Shown one piece after another: positions 53,383 through 64,000 of a stretch of DNA of 64,000 bases. The notes beneath the pieces are model-generated. The model ran no database searches, was not told where the DNA came from, and worked only from the letters and a program-made list of their open reading frames with translations. The translations under genes were made by a program, and so were the position numbers. The stretch lies in the NCBI GenBank assembly GCA_004323695.1, contig SCRU01000078.1:80-64079 (forward strand). Direction: 5' to 3'. Each line of letters starts with the position of its first letter. Position 1 is the stretch's first letter. The stretch is from Burkholderiaceae bacterium. Its GTDB lineage: Bacteria > Pseudomonadota > Gammaproteobacteria > Burkholderiales > Burkholderiaceae_C.

Positions 53383-54936
53383 TCAGCCCGCAGTCACCTC
53401 AATCCCCTTGAACTCCCCCGCGGCAATGCGCTTCTGCCACTCGGCCGGCCCGGTGATGTGCGCGCTGGTGCCGCCGGCGTCCACGGCCACGGTCACGGGC
53501 ATGTCGGTCACGTCGAACTCATAGATCGCTTCCATCCCCAAATCGGCAAAGCCCACCACCTTTGCGCTCTTGATCGCCTTGCTCACCAGGTAGGCGGCGC
53601 CGCCCACCGCCATCAGGTAGGCGCTCTGGTGCTTCTTGATGGCTTCGATCGCGACCGGGCCGCGCTCGGCCTTGCCGATCATGGAAATCAGGCCAGTCTG
53701 TGCCAGCATCATCTCGGTAAAACCGTCCATGCGGTTTGCCGTGGTCGGGCCGGCGGGGCCCACGGCCTCGCCGCGCATCGGATCGACTGGGCCCACGTAG
53801 TAGATCACGCGATTCGTGAAGTCCACCGGCAGCGCCTCGCCCTTGGCCAGCATGCCCTGGATGCGCTTGTGCGCGGCATCGCGCCCGGTCAGCATCTTGC
53901 CGCTCAGCAGCAGGCGCTCGCCAGGTTTCCAGCTCGCCACTTCGGCCTTGGTCAGTGTGTTCAGGTTGACCTTCGTGCTCTGGTTGTAGTCGGGCGCCCA
54001 GTGCACGTCGGGCCACAGATCGAGGCTGGGCGGTGTCAGGTACACCGGGCCGCTGCCATCCATCACGAAGTGCGCGTGGCGCGTGGCGGCGCAGTTGGGA
54101 ATCATCGCGACCGGCTTGCTCGCCGCGTGCGTGGGGTACAGTTTGATCTTGACGTCGAGCACGGTGGTGAGGCCGCCCAGGCCCTGCGCGCCGATGCCCA
54201 GCGCATTGACCTTGTCGTACAGCTCCAGCCGCAGTTCCTCGGTCTGCGTCAATGCCTGGCCCGAGGACGATTTGGCCTGCAGCTCGTACATGTCGATGTC
54301 GTCCATCAGGCTTTCCTTGGCCATCAGCATGGCCTTCTCGGCGGTGCCGCCAATGCCGATGCCCAGCATGCCCGGCGGGCACCAGCCTGCGCCCATGGTC
54401 GGCACCGTCTTGAGTACCCAGTCCACCACCGAGTCGCCCGGGTTCAGCATCACGAATTTGCTCTTGTTCTCGCTGCCGCCGCCCTTGGCGGCCACGGTCA
54501 CATCGAGCGTGTTGCCGGGCACGATCTCGGTGAAGATCACAGCGGGTGTGTTGTCCTTCGTGTTCCTGCGCTCGAACTGCGGGTCGGCGACGACGCTGGC
54601 GCGCAGGGTGTTGTCGGGATGGTTGTAGCCGCGGCGCACGCCTTCGTTGATGGCGTCATTCAGGCTGCCGGTGAAGCCGTCGAGGCGCACATCCATGCCG
54701 ATCTTCAGGAACACGTTGACGATGCCGGTGTCCTGGCAGATCGGGCGGTGGCCTTCGGCGCTCATGCGCGAGTTGGTGAGGATCTGCGCGATCGCGTCTT
54801 TCGAGGCGGCGCTTTGCTCGCGCTCGTAGGCGCGTGCCAGATGGGCGATGTAGTCGCTGGGATGATAGTAGCTGATGTACTGGAGGGCGGCGGCGATGGA
54901 CTCGATCAGGTCGTCTTGCTGGATGCTGGTGGTCAT
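53383..54936 (-). CDS. class I (Fe-S, FumA-type) fumarate hydratase
   Basis: PICQDTGIVNVFLKIG...AKGGGSENKS...GWCPPGMLGIGIGGT...VGPAGPTTANRMD. 517 aa, alpha and beta domains fused. Confidence 0.9.
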   Translation of the reverse strand: MTTSIQQDDLIESIAAALQYISYYHPSDYIAHLARAYEREQSAASKDAIAQILTNSRMSAEGHRPICQDTGIVNVFLKIGMDVRLDGFTGSLNDAINEGVRRGYNHPDNTLRASVVADPQFERRNTKDNTPAVIFTEIVPGNTLDVTVAAKGGGSENKSKFVMLNPGDSVVDWVLKTVPTMGAGWCPPGMLGIGIGGTAEKAMLMAKESLMDDIDMYELQAKSSSGQALTQTEELRLELYDKVNALGIGAQGLGGLTTVLDVKIKLYPTHAASKPVAMIPNCAATRHAHFVMDGSGPVYLTPPSLDLWPDVHWAPDYNQSTKVNLNTLTKAEVASWKPGERLLLSGKMLTGRDAAHKRIQGMLAKGEALPVDFTNRVIYYVGPVDPMRGEAVGPAGPTTANRMDGFTEMMLAQTGLISMIGKAERGPVAIEAIKKHQSAYLMAVGGAAYLVSKAIKSAKVVGFADLGMEAIYEFDVTDMPVTVAVDAGGTSAHITGPAEWQKRIAAGEFKGIEVTAG

Positions 54937-55062
54937 GGTGCGTGTGGGGTGAAAATGCAGAGGTGCGCGCGGCCGGCCCGGCCAAGTTCGCTACGGTGAC
55001 TTGCCACAGCACGGCGCACCCGCTATTTTGACAGTTCACAGCCACCGCTGGAAAGGCACCTC

Positions 55063-56460
55063 ATGAACACCCGCATCGAACGCGACACCTTTGGCCCGAT
55101 CGAGGTGCCAAACGAGCATCTGTGGGGCGCGCAGACGCAGCGCTCGTTCCAGAACTTCGACATCTCGGGCGAGCATCAGCCGCGCGAGATCATCCGGGCG
55201 CTGGCGCAGATCAAGCGATCCTCGGCGCTGGTGAACCGCGCGCTGGGGCTGCTCGACGAGAACAAGGCGCAGGCCATCGTCCAGGCCGCCGACGAGGTGA
55301 TCGCGGGCCGGCACGCCGGCGAGTTCCCGCTGGTGGTGTGGCAGACCGGCTCGGGCACGCAGACCAACATGAACGTCAACGAGGTGCTGGCGAACCGTGC
55401 AAGCGAGCTGCTCGGCGGCCAGCGCGGCGAAGCACGGCTGGTGCACCCGAACGACGAGGTGAATCGCAGCCAGTCGAGCAACGACGTGTTCCCGACCGCG
55501 ATGCACGTGGCGGCGGTGGACGCGATCACGCACCGGCTGCTGCCGGCGCTGGCCACGCTGCGCGCGACGCTGGAGAAGAAATCCGCTGAATTCGCCGGCG
55601 TCGTGAAGATCGGCCGCACGCATCTGCAGGACGCGACGCCGCTCACGCTGGGCCAGGAATTCTCGGGCTATGTGGCACAGCTCGCGCATGGCGAGGCGCA
55701 TTTGCGCGCGGCGCTGCCGCACGTGTGCGAGCTGGCGCTTGGCGGCACCGCGGTCGGCACCGGGCTGAACGCACCGGCGGGCTATGCGGAGCAGGCGGCG
55801 GCAGAATTGGCGCGCCTCACCGGACTGCCGCTGGTGAGCGCGCCGAACAAGTTCGAGGCGCTGGCGTCCTGTGATGCGCTGGTGCATGCGCATGGTGCGC
55901 TCAAAACCCTGGCCGCGAGCCTGATGAAGATTGCGAACGACGTGCGTTGGCTTGCCAGCGGGCCGAGGAGCGGCATCGGCGAACTGTTCATTCCCGAGAA
56001 CGAGCCGGGCTCGTCGATCATGCCGGGCAAGGTGAACCCGACCCAGTGCGAGGCGCTGACCATGCTGTGCTGCCAGGTGTTCGGCAACGACGTGGCGATC
56101 AACTTCGGGGGCGCGTCGGGCAACTTCGAGCTGAACGTGTTCCGTCCCATGATTGCGCACAACTTCCTGCAGAGCGTGCGGCTGCTGGCCGACGGCATGA
56201 AGAGCTTCAACGCGCATTGCGCGGCCGGCATCGAGCCGAACCGCGAACGCATTGCCGAACTGGTGCAGCGCTCGCTGATGCTGGTGACCGCGCTGAACCC
56301 GCACATCGGCTATGACAAGTCAGCGCAGATCGCCAAGAAGGCGCACAAGGAGGGCACCAGCCTGCGCGAGGCGGCGCTGGCGCTCGGCTTCGTGACGGCG
56401 GAGCAGTTCGACCAGTGGGTGCGGCCGGAGGGCATGGTGGGGCGTGCGATAGGGCGGTGA
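55063..56460 (+). CDS. fumC: class II fumarate hydratase
   Basis: [23 protein letters not shown]...[16 protein letters not shown] is the canonical signature. Confidence 0.95.
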   Translation: MNTRIERDTFGPIEVPNEHLWGAQTQRSFQNFDISGEHQPREIIRALAQIKRSSALVNRALGLLDENKAQAIVQAADEVIAGRHAGEFPLVVWQTGSGTQTNMNVNEVLANRASELLGGQRGEARLVHPNDEVNRSQSSNDVFPTAMHVAAVDAITHRLLPALATLRATLEKKSAEFAGVVKIGRTHLQDATPLTLGQEFSGYVAQLAHGEAHLRAALPHVCELALGGTAVGTGLNAPAGYAEQAAAELARLTGLPLVSAPNKFEALASCDALVHAHGALKTLAASLMKIANDVRWLASGPRSGIGELFIPENEPGSSIMPGKVNPTQCEALTMLCCQVFGNDVAINFGGASGNFELNVFRPMIAHNFLQSVRLLADGMKSFNAHCAAGIEPNRERIAELVQRSLMLVTALNPHIGYDKSAQIAKKAHKEGTSLREAALALGFVTAEQFDQWVRPEGMVGRAIGR

Positions 56461-56510
56461 CGCGTCTAAAAGTGGCAGATGGCGGATTTCCGCGAGCTGC
56501 AATTGCGCCG

Positions 56511-56640
56511 GGCGCCACGGGAAGACGGCGGGCCGGCAAGTTGTAACATTCGCAAGATGAGTCAGGTGTCGTGAGGCGCCGGGAAGTCGAAAGCGCCGGC
56601 AAATTGTAAGATTCGCAAAATACAGGCCGGTCAGTGGCCT
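56511..56640. repeat. tandem duplication (two units of about 63 bp) upstream of acs
   Basis: GGCGCC(AC)GGGAAGaCG..GCCGGCAAGTTGTAACATTCGCAAGAT at 56511-56558 is repeated as GGCGCCGGGAAGtCG..GCCGGCAAATTGTAAGATTCGCAAAAT at 56575-56621. The 27-mer cores are 24/27 identical. Confidence 0.8.
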
Positions 56641-56710
56641 AGCACGAGCCGGCGCCGAGCTGACCGCGCCCCATTCATCAACTCAAGCGCCAACCCAAGG
56701 AGACCAATCC

Positions 56711-58729
56711 ATGAGCGTTCCATCCTCTGCCATCGAATCCGTGCTGATAGAGAACCGGGTATTTGCGCCTGCGGACGCTGTGGTCAAGGCGGCACGGATT
56801 TCGGGCGTGGCCGCGTACAACGCGCTGTGCGGTGAGGCCGAGCGCGACTACGAAGGCTTCTGGGCCCGGCTCGCGCGCGAGAACGTGACCTGGAGCAAAC
56901 CCTTTACGAGGACGCTGGACGAATCCAGCGCGCCCTTCTACAAATGGTTCGAGGACGGCGAACTCAACGCCAGCGCCAACTGCCTGGACCGGCACATGGG
57001 CACGCCCGTGGAGAACAAGACCGCCATCATCTTCGAGGCCGACGACGGCACTGTTGCCAAATACACCTACAAGGAGCTGCTTGCGCGCGTGGGCCAGTTC
57101 GCCAACGCACTCAAGGCCCGCGGCCTGAAAAAAGGCGACCGCGTGGTGCTGTACATGCCCATGACGGTGGAAGGCGTGATTGGCATGCAGGCGTGCGCGC
57201 GCCTGGGTGTGATCCACAGCGTGGTGTTCGGCGGTTTCTCCGCCAAGGCCCTGCAAGAGCGCATCGTGGACACCGGGGCCCTGGCCGTGATCACCGCCAA
57301 TGTGCAAATCCGCGGGGGGCGCGCCATGCCCCTGAAGGCCGTGGTGGACGAGGCGCTGGCGCTGGGCGGCTGCGAAGCCGTCCAGACCGTGCTGGTGTAC
57401 CAGCGTACCCAGGACCCCTGCCCCATGCAGGCCGGGCGCGACCTGACCTTCACGGAGGCCCTGAAAGGGCAAGGCAGCACCTGCCCCCCGGTGCCGGTCG
57501 GGGCCGAGCACCCCCTGTTCATTCTGTACACCTCCGGCTCCACCGGCAAACCCAAGGGCGTGCAGCACTGCACCGGCGGCTACCTGCTGTGGGCCAAGCT
57601 CACCATGGACTGGACCTTCGACCTCAAACCCGAGGACGTGTTCTGGTGTACCGCCGACATCGGCTGGGTTACCGGCCACACCTACGTGGCCTACGGCCCG
57701 CTGGCGGCCGGGGGCACGCAAATCATCTTCGAGGGCGTGCCCACCTACCCCGACGCGGGGCGCTTCTGGCAAATGATCCAGCGCCACAAATGCAGCGTCT
57801 TCTACACCGCCCCCACCGCCGTGCGCGCGCTCATCAAGGCCTCGGAGGTCGACCCCAGGGTACATCCCCAGCACTTTGACCTGTCCAGCCTGCGCATCAT
57901 CGGCTCGGTGGGTGAGCCCATCAACCCCGAAGCCTGGGTCTGGTACTACAAGAACGTGGGCGCCGGGCGCTGCCCCATCGTGGACACCTGGTGGCAGACC
58001 GAGACCGGCGGGCACATGATCAACCCGCTGCCCGGCGTTACGGCGCTGGTGCCGGGCAGTTGCACGCTGCCGCTGCCGGGCATCCAGATCGCCATCGTGG
58101 ACGAGACCGGGCATGACATGCCCAACGGCTCCGGCGGCATGCTGGTGATCAAGCGCCCCTGGCCCTCGATGGTGCGCACCCTGTGGGGGGACCCCGAGCG
58201 CTTCAAGAAGAGCTACTTCCCCGAGGAACTGGGGGGCAAGACCTACCTGGCCGGGGACGGCGCGGTGCGCAGCACGGGCCAGGCCACGAACGGGGCCGAC
58301 AAGGGGTACTTTCGCATCACCGGGCGCATCGACGACGTGCTGAACGTCTCGGGCCACCGCATGGGCACGATGGAGATCGAATCCGCGCTGGCGGCCAAGT
58401 CCGACCTGGTGGCCGAGGCGGCCGTGGTGGGGCGTCCCGACGAGCTCACCGGGGAGGCGATCTGCGCCTTCGTGGTGCTCAAGGGCGGGCGCCCGCAGGG
58501 CGAGGAAGCGGTGCGGGTGGCCAACGAGCTGCGCAGCTGGATCGCCAAGGAGATCGGCCCGATCGCCAAGCCCAAGGACATCCGCTTTGGCGACAACCTG
58601 CCCAAGACGCGATCCGGCAAGATCATGCGCCGGCTGCTGCGCTCCATTGCCAAGGGCGAAGCGATCACGCAGGATGTCTCAACGCTGGAGAACCCCCAGA
58701 TCCTGGAACAGTTGGCGCAGAAACTCTGA
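56711..58729 (+). CDS. acs: acetyl-CoA synthetase
   Basis: [19 protein letters not shown]...[12 protein letters not shown]...[10 protein letters not shown]...[21 protein letters not shown]. Confidence 0.95.
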   Translation: MSVPSSAIESVLIENRVFAPADAVVKAARISGVAAYNALCGEAERDYEGFWARLARENVTWSKPFTRTLDESSAPFYKWFEDGELNASANCLDRHMGTPVENKTAIIFEADDGTVAKYTYKELLARVGQFANALKARGLKKGDRVVLYMPMTVEGVIGMQACARLGVIHSVVFGGFSAKALQERIVDTGALAVITANVQIRGGRAMPLKAVVDEALALGGCEAVQTVLVYQRTQDPCPMQAGRDLTFTEALKGQGSTCPPVPVGAEHPLFILYTSGSTGKPKGVQHCTGGYLLWAKLTMDWTFDLKPEDVFWCTADIGWVTGHTYVAYGPLAAGGTQIIFEGVPTYPDAGRFWQMIQRHKCSVFYTAPTAVRALIKASEVDPRVHPQHFDLSSLRIIGSVGEPINPEAWVWYYKNVGAGRCPIVDTWWQTETGGHMINPLPGVTALVPGSCTLPLPGIQIAIVDETGHDMPNGSGGMLVIKRPWPSMVRTLWGDPERFKKSYFPEELGGKTYLAGDGAVRSTGQATNGADKGYFRITGRIDDVLNVSGHRMGTMEIESALAAKSDLVAEAAVVGRPDELTGEAICAFVVLKGGRPQGEEAVRVANELRSWIAKEIGPIAKPKDIRFGDNLPKTRSGKIMRRLLRSIAKGEAITQDVSTLENPQILEQLAQKL

Positions 58730-59035
58730 TTACTTCAGTGACAGCACCCACGCCGCCAGTTGCCTGGCCTGCGCTGGTGTCACCTGGGTATTCGCGGGCA
58801 TGGGCACCGGACCCCACACGCCGCCGCCGCCGTGCAGGATCTTGGCGGCCAGTACCTCCACCATGGCGGGCTGGCCCGCGTATTTGGCAGCCACGTCCTT
58901 GAATGCGGGGCCGATCACTTTCTTGTCGACCGAGTGACAAGCCATGCAGTTCTTGGAAGTGGCCAGCGCTAGGTCGGCCAGCGCCGGTGTGGCGATCGTG
59001 GTGGCGGCCAGCAACGCGAACAAAAAACGTTTCAT
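58730..59035 (-). CDS. class I cytochrome c (c551/c8-like)
   Basis: Signal peptide, then the heme motif NCMACHSVDKKVIGPAFKDVAAKY and the distal Met region GGGVWGPVPMPAN. Confidence 0.85.
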   Translation of the reverse strand: MKRFLFALLAATTIATPALADLALATSKNCMACHSVDKKVIGPAFKDVAAKYAGQPAMVEVLAAKILHGGGGVWGPVPMPANTQVTPAQARQLAAWVLSLK

Positions 59036-59136
59036 CAGGGCCTCGCGGGTTGCGTTACATTGCGAGGCACGATTGTAGTGATCGCGGTTGCCGTGCCGAA
59101 GTTTGCGCCGGCGCGGTTTGAATGCTGGAGGCTTTG

Positions 59137-59391
59137 ATGTATTTGCTGGGAATCGGGATCGTGCTGCTGCTCATGAAGTACCTGGCGATCGGGCCCGTGG
59201 CCGGCTGGAGCTGGTGGCTGGTGTTGGCGCCCTTTGCACTGGCGGTCGTCTGGTGGACCTGGGCGGACCTGTCGGGCTACAGCAAGAAGAAAGCGATGCA
59301 GAAAATGGACCAGCGCAAGGCGGACCGCATCGAGAAGAGCCGGGTGGCGCTGGGCCTGGGCACGCGCAAGGGCACCAGCAAGCGCCGCTGA
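59137..59391 (+). CDS. small Trp-rich membrane protein (TIGR04438-like)
   Basis: MYLLGIGIVLLLMKYLAIGPVAGWSWWLVLAPFALAVVWWTWADLSGYSKKKAM. GGAG lies 6 nt upstream of the ATG at 59137; ATG 59122 is possible. Confidence 0.65.
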   Translation: MYLLGIGIVLLLMKYLAIGPVAGWSWWLVLAPFALAVVWWTWADLSGYSKKKAMQKMDQRKADRIEKSRVALGLGTRKGTSKRR

Positions 59392-59424
59392 GATGGCGGC
59401 CTTGCGGCGTGCCGCGCGCGCCGG

Positions 59425-61122
59425 TCAGTAGTTGTCGAGCACGGCGCCCTGGCTCGCGCTGCAGGCGTTGAAGGCGAACTTGGCCTGCACACCGCGCACG
59501 TAGCGCGGTGCCGGGGCCTTCCACGCGGCACGGCGCCGGGCGATTTCGGCTTCAGGCACGTTGAGTTCGAGCTTGAGGTGATTCGAATCGATCGTGATCG
59601 AGTCGCCCTCGTGGATCAGCGCGATGGTGCCACCCACAGCCGCTTCCGGCGCGACGTGGCCGACCACCATGCCCCAGGTGCCGCCCGAGAAGCGCCCGTC
59701 GGTGATCAGGCCCACGCTCTCGCCCAGGCCGGCGCCGATCAGCGCACTGGTCGGCGCGAGCATTTCGGGCATGCCGGGGCCGCCCTTGGGGCCCAGGTAG
59801 CGCAGCACCATCACGTCGCCCGGCTTGATTTGACCTTCCAGGATGGCGGCCAGCGCCGATTGCTCGTCGTCGAACACGCGCGCCGGGCCCGTCATGGCGG
59901 GGTTCTTCAGGCCGGTGATCTTGGCCACGCAACCTTCCGTGCTCAGATTGCCCTTGAGAATCGCCAGGTGCCCCTGCGGGTACATCGGCTGGCCGATCGG
60001 GCGAATCACGTCCTGGTCTGCGCGCGGCGCGTCGGGGACGTCCTTCAGTACTTCGGCAATGGTCTGGCCCGTGATGGTGATGCAATCCCCGTGCAGCAGG
60101 CCGGCCACCAGCAGCATCTTCATGACCTGCGGGATGCCGCCGGCCCGGTGCAGGTCCACTGCCAGATATTGGCCGCTGGGCTTGAGGTCGCACAGCACCG
60201 GCGTTTTCCGGCGCACGCGCTCGAAATCGTCGATGGTCCACTCCACGCCCGCCGCATGCGCGATGGCCAGGAAGTGCAGCACCGCGTTGGTGGAGCCGCC
60301 GATCGCCATGATCACGGCGACGGCGTTCTCGATCGACTTGCGCGTCACGATGTCCCGCGGCTTGATATCCTTTTTGATGGCCTCGATCAGCACCCTGGCC
60401 GATTCCCTGGCCGAGTTCGCCTTCTCGTCGTGCGGATTCGCCATGGTGGAGGACCAGGGCAGCGAGATCCCCAGCGCCTCGAAGGCACTCGACATGGTGT
60501 TCGCGGTGTACATGCCGCCGCACGAGCCGGTCCCGGGAATGGCGCGCCGCTCGATTTGCAGCAGGTCCTCGTCCGTCATGCGGCCCGCGGCGTTCTCGCC
60601 GACCGCCTCGAACACGCTCACGATGTTGAGGTCCTTGCCCTTGTAGTGACCCGGCAGGATGGTGCCGCCATACACGTAGATGGCCGGCACGTTGGCGCGC
60701 AGCATGCCCATCAGGCCGCCGGGCATGTTCTTGTCGCAGCCGCCAATCACGACCACGCCATCCATCCACTGGCCCTGCACGCAGGTTTCCACGCAGTCGG
60801 AGATGACCTCGCGGCTCACCAGCGAATATTTCATGCCCTCGGTGCCCATCGCCATGCCGTCGGAGATGGTCGGCGTGCCGAACACCTGCGCATTGCCGCC
60901 GGCCTCCTCGATGCCCGCCACCGCCGCGTCGGCAAGCCGCTGCAGGCCCGAGTTGCAGGGGGTGATGGTGCTGTGGCCGTTCGCCACACCGACCATCGGC
61001 TTTTTGAAGTCGCCCTCCTGATAGCCCATGGCGTAATACATGGAGCGGTTCGGGGCGCGCGACCTGCCCTCGGTGATGTTCTTGCTGCGGGGGTTGAGCG
61101 GGATGATTTTGATGTCTGCCAT
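59425..61122 (-). CDS. ilvD: dihydroxy-acid dehydratase
   Basis: [13 protein letters not shown]...[16 protein letters not shown]...GGCDKNMPG...TDGRFSGGT. Confidence 0.95.
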   Translation of the reverse strand: MADIKIIPLNPRSKNITEGRSRAPNRSMYYAMGYQEGDFKKPMVGVANGHSTITPCNSGLQRLADAAVAGIEEAGGNAQVFGTPTISDGMAMGTEGMKYSLVSREVISDCVETCVQGQWMDGVVVIGGCDKNMPGGLMGMLRANVPAIYVYGGTILPGHYKGKDLNIVSVFEAVGENAAGRMTDEDLLQIERRAIPGTGSCGGMYTANTMSSAFEALGISLPWSSTMANPHDEKANSARESARVLIEAIKKDIKPRDIVTRKSIENAVAVIMAIGGSTNAVLHFLAIAHAAGVEWTIDDFERVRRKTPVLCDLKPSGQYLAVDLHRAGGIPQVMKMLLVAGLLHGDCITITGQTIAEVLKDVPDAPRADQDVIRPIGQPMYPQGHLAILKGNLSTEGCVAKITGLKNPAMTGPARVFDDEQSALAAILEGQIKPGDVMVLRYLGPKGGPGMPEMLAPTSALIGAGLGESVGLITDGRFSGGTWGMVVGHVAPEAAVGGTIALIHEGDSITIDSNHLKLELNVPEAEIARRRAAWKAPAPRYVRGVQAKFAFNACSASQGAVLDNY

Positions 61123-61223
61123 GGGAGTTGCGCCAAGCGTCGGTGGAAGTTGATAGCCAAGTATGCGCCGGCAAGAAATGCTGGTCTAATATATTTTTCT
61201 TGGCTCATTAATATGTTTTAAAT

Positions 61224-62135
61224 ATGAGTGAACGGCTCATCGAGTTGCGCCTGTGGCGCCAGTTTCTGGCGCTGGCCGACACGCTGCATTTTGGTCGGGC
61301 CGCCGAGCGGCTGCACATGACGCAGCCGCCGCTGACGCAGGCCATTGCCCATCTGGAAGGCTTGCTGGGCGTGCGACTGTTTGAGCGCACCAAGCGCAGC
61401 GTCTTGCTCACGCCGGCCGGTGCCGCCCTGGTTCCGGAGGCCGAGGCCGTCGTGGCGCGCGCGCTGGCGTTGCCTGCCTATGCGCGCGCCGCGGCGCGCG
61501 GCGAGATGGGGCGCTTGCGGCTCGCGTTTGTCTCCACCGCGGGGTTTTCGCTGCTGCCGCGCTGGGTCCGGGCGTTTCGCCAGCAGTACCCGCAGGTGCA
61601 ACTGGAACTCATCGAAGCCACCGGCGACGTGCAGTTGCAACTGCTGGGCAGCGGCGCTGTCGACGCCGGCTTCATGCTGCACGCGCCCGGATTTGCTCCC
61701 GAAGGGCTGACGCGGATGCTGCTGACCAGCGAACCCTTGGTCGTGGCGCTGCCGGAACATCATGTGCTGGCCACGGTGCCGTCGCTGACCTTGGGCAAGG
61801 TGCTGGCGCAGCCGATCGTGATCTTTCCGCGCCGCATCGCTCCCTCGCTGCACGACGCCATCTTCGCGCTGTACCACGCGGCGGGCCGCTCGCCCCAGGT
61901 GGCACAGGAGGCGATCCAGATGCAGACCATCGTGAACCTGGTTTCGGCCGGTCTGGGCCTGGCCTGGGTGCCGCAAAGCGTGCGCCAGTTTCAGCGCCCG
62001 GGCGTGGTTTACCGCGAAATCGGCACCGGCAGCAGGGGGCGCGGGTTGCCGGGGTGCGAGACCAGCCTGGTGTGGGCGAACGGCCAGGCCGGCCCGTCGC
62101 TGGACCGCTTTCTGGCTTTTGCGGGAACTCCATAA
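61224..62135 (+). CDS. LysR-family transcriptional regulator, divergent from ilvD
   Basis: LRLWRQFLALADTLHFGRAAERLHMTQPPLTQAIAHLEGLLGVRLFERTKRSVLLTPAG. Confidence 0.9.
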   Translation: MSERLIELRLWRQFLALADTLHFGRAAERLHMTQPPLTQAIAHLEGLLGVRLFERTKRSVLLTPAGAALVPEAEAVVARALALPAYARAAARGEMGRLRLAFVSTAGFSLLPRWVRAFRQQYPQVQLELIEATGDVQLQLLGSGAVDAGFMLHAPGFAPEGLTRMLLTSEPLVVALPEHHVLATVPSLTLGKVLAQPIVIFPRRIAPSLHDAIFALYHAAGRSPQVAQEAIQMQTIVNLVSAGLGLAWVPQSVRQFQRPGVVYREIGTGSRGRGLPGCETSLVWANGQAGPSLDRFLAFAGTP

Positions 62136-62216
62136 CCCTTTTGGCCATCGAGAGAATGGGCCCCGTGCGTGGCCCGCCGTTATGGCTCCCTTTCACTTCC
62201 ATGCACAATCTCAACC

Positions 62217-63053
62217 ATGTTGATGTATCCGCATATCAATCCCATCGCGCTGGAAATTGGCCCGCTGAAGATTCACTGGTACGGGCTGACCTATCTGGTT
62301 GGGTTCGGGTTGTTCCTGTATCTGGGCGTGCGCCGGCTCCGGCATGAGCCATTTGCCTCGATCCGGGGGCCCGGCGCCTGGTCGCGCCGCGACGTCGAGG
62401 ACATTTTGTTTCTTGGTGTGCTGGGTACCGTGCTCGGGGGGCGGCTTGGCTACTGCCTGTTCTACAAGCCGGACTTCTATTTTGCGAACCCGCTGCAGGT
62501 GTTCGCGGTGTGGCAGGGCGGCATGAGCTTCCATGGTGGCCTGCTTGGTGTGATCTGCTCGATGATCTGGTTTGCCCGCTCGCGCGGCAGGCCCTGGTTG
62601 CAGGTGGCGGACTTCGTCGCGCCCTGCGTGCCGACCGGCCTCGCTGCCGGGCGCATCGGCAACTTCATCAACGGCGAGCTGTGGGGGCGCTTTTGCGACG
62701 TTCAATTGCCGTGGTGCATGGTGTATCCGCAAAGTGGCTCGATGCTGCCGCGGCACCCTTCCGAGATTTACGAGTTCCTGATGGAGGGGCTGCTGCTGTT
62801 CGTGCTGCTCTGGCTTTACGCGCGCAAGGAGCGCCGCCGGGGCCAGGTGGCGGCCGCCTTTCTGGTCGGGTACGGCGTGTTCCGTTTCATTGCCGAGTTC
62901 TTCCGCGCCCCGGACAGTTTTCTGGGCCTGCTGTGGCTGCGCATGAGCATGGGACAGTGGCTCTGCATTCCCATGATCGTGGCAGGCGCCGGATTGTGGT
63001 GGTGGGCCAGGCAGCGGCCGGCGCAGGCCGTGCCGGCAGGATCGGGCTCCTGA
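62217..63053 (+). CDS. lgt: prolipoprotein diacylglyceryl transferase
   Basis: [30 protein letters not shown]...[13 protein letters not shown]...[14 protein letters not shown]...RHPSEIYEF. Confidence 0.95.
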   Translation: MLMYPHINPIALEIGPLKIHWYGLTYLVGFGLFLYLGVRRLRHEPFASIRGPGAWSRRDVEDILFLGVLGTVLGGRLGYCLFYKPDFYFANPLQVFAVWQGGMSFHGGLLGVICSMIWFARSRGRPWLQVADFVAPCVPTGLAAGRIGNFINGELWGRFCDVQLPWCMVYPQSGSMLPRHPSEIYEFLMEGLLLFVLLWLYARKERRRGQVAAAFLVGYGVFRFIAEFFRAPDSFLGLLWLRMSMGQWLCIPMIVAGAGLWWWARQRPAQAVPAGSGS

Positions 63054-63084
63054 CGCGCATCGGATTGAAAAGGCGCAGGCGCTT

Positions 63085-64000
63085 CATGAGTACACCCGAC
63101 TGGATCAATCGCAGCATCGCGAAGCTGCTGCCGAACGCCAAAAATGGCGGCCCACGGGCCTCGCCCAAACCGGGCGCGGCGGTGTCGTCGCGCTCTACCC
63201 AGCAGCGCTTGCAGGGGACCCTGCGGCGCGGCCAGGAGGCGCTGTCGCCCCGCGTGCTGCGCCGCACCCTGGTTGAGTTGCAGGGCATCGTCGATCCGCA
63301 GGTCAGCGAGGTCGAGGGCGGGCGGCGTGCCATGGGCGTGATCCAGTGGTATGGCAGCGCCACGGCCGAGCAGCGCCGCGATGCCTGGCTGCTGATGAGC
63401 GAACAGTTCGGGCCCGACGCCAAAAAGGTCAGCGCGGCGCGCGAGCAATACGATGCGGCCCAGGGCACGGCGGACGAGGGGTCGGCCGAAATGCGGCTGC
63501 GCCGCGCCTTCGTGTCGCCGCGTACGCGACTGCTCAAGCGTTTTGCGGTGGCGCCGCAGGGCATGCGTTTTTTGCTCGACGTGCGCAGCGAATTGCTACC
63601 CCAGCTCAAGGTTGACAAGCGCCTGGTGGCGCTGGACGCGGAGCTGGAGGGCCTGTTTTCCACCTGGTTCGATCTGGCATTTCTCGAACTGCGCCGCATC
63701 AGCTGGGACTCGCCTGCGTCGCTGATCGAAAAGCTCATGCGTTACGAGGCGGTGCATGACATTCGCGGCTGGGCCGATGTGAAAAACCGGCTCGATTCGG
63801 ACCGCCGCTGCTATGGTTTCTTTCACCCGAACCTGCCCGACGAGCCGCTGATCTTCATCGAAGTGGCGTTCACGCAGGCCATGGCCGACAGCATCACGCC
63901 GCTGCTGGACGAGGGCGCCGCGCCGGTGGACCCCGCGAGCAGCAGCAGCGCCGTTTTCTATTCCATCAGCAATACCCAACGCGGCCTGCGCGGCGTGAGC
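63085..64000 (+). CDS. malonyl-CoA decarboxylase, C-terminus beyond the window edge
   Basis: Not in the ORF track because there is no stop in the window. My own translation from ATG 63085 gives MSTPDWINRS...ISWDSPASLIEKLMRYEAVHDIRGWADVKNRLDSDRRCYGFFHPNLPDEPLIFIEVAF...VFYSISNTQRGLRGVS, which is the MCD signature. Confidence 0.85.

Overview
High-GC (roughly mid-60s %) chromosomal segment that looks betaproteobacterial, probably Burkholderiales/Comamonadaceae-like. This placement rests on protein sequences and gene order recalled from memory; no search was run. The window is almost entirely core metabolism and housekeeping. In order: ligABC (protocatechuate 4,5-cleavage; ligA is cut by the window edge) plus an aldo/keto reductase; a small accessory stretch (cupin/LysR pair, tyrosine phosphatase, heme-binding barrel, DUF1801, a low-GC orphan membrane ORF, a PBP-like protein, a lipoprotein hydrolase); rpoD-dnaG; a small GDCCVxC Cys-rich protein; an MFS transporter; hslR; a PAS/sigma-54 activator followed by a -24/-12 promoter and a Liv-type ABC operon ending in an alpha/beta hydrolase; hemH-hpnE-hpnD-hpnC; tRNA-Leu-tig-clpP-clpX-lon; tRNA Gly-Cys-Leu; class II ribonucleotide reductase nrdJ between two conserved hypotheticals; narGHJI-ppiC-narK with an FNR-type box; UDG, murI, a PNPOx-like protein and a rhodanese; a low-GC orphan plus an IS110-family element; class I and class II fumarases; acs; cytochrome c; ilvD with a LysR regulator; lgt; and the start of malonyl-CoA decarboxylase. 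I found no CRISPR array, rRNA, prophage or recognisable defence island. The most system-like candidates are: (1) the IS110-family element, whose long non-coding flanks could encode a bridge/guide RNA; (2) a family of short AT-rich patches sharing a TAGCTATCA-type core, found between genes and also in frame inside dnaG and hpnC; (3) a sigma-54 regulatory unit with repeated TGTCT sites; (4) a 63-bp tandem duplication upstream of acs. Start codons were chosen by eye from RBS and homology logic. Many long ORFs in the six-frame track are antisense artefacts of the high GC content.
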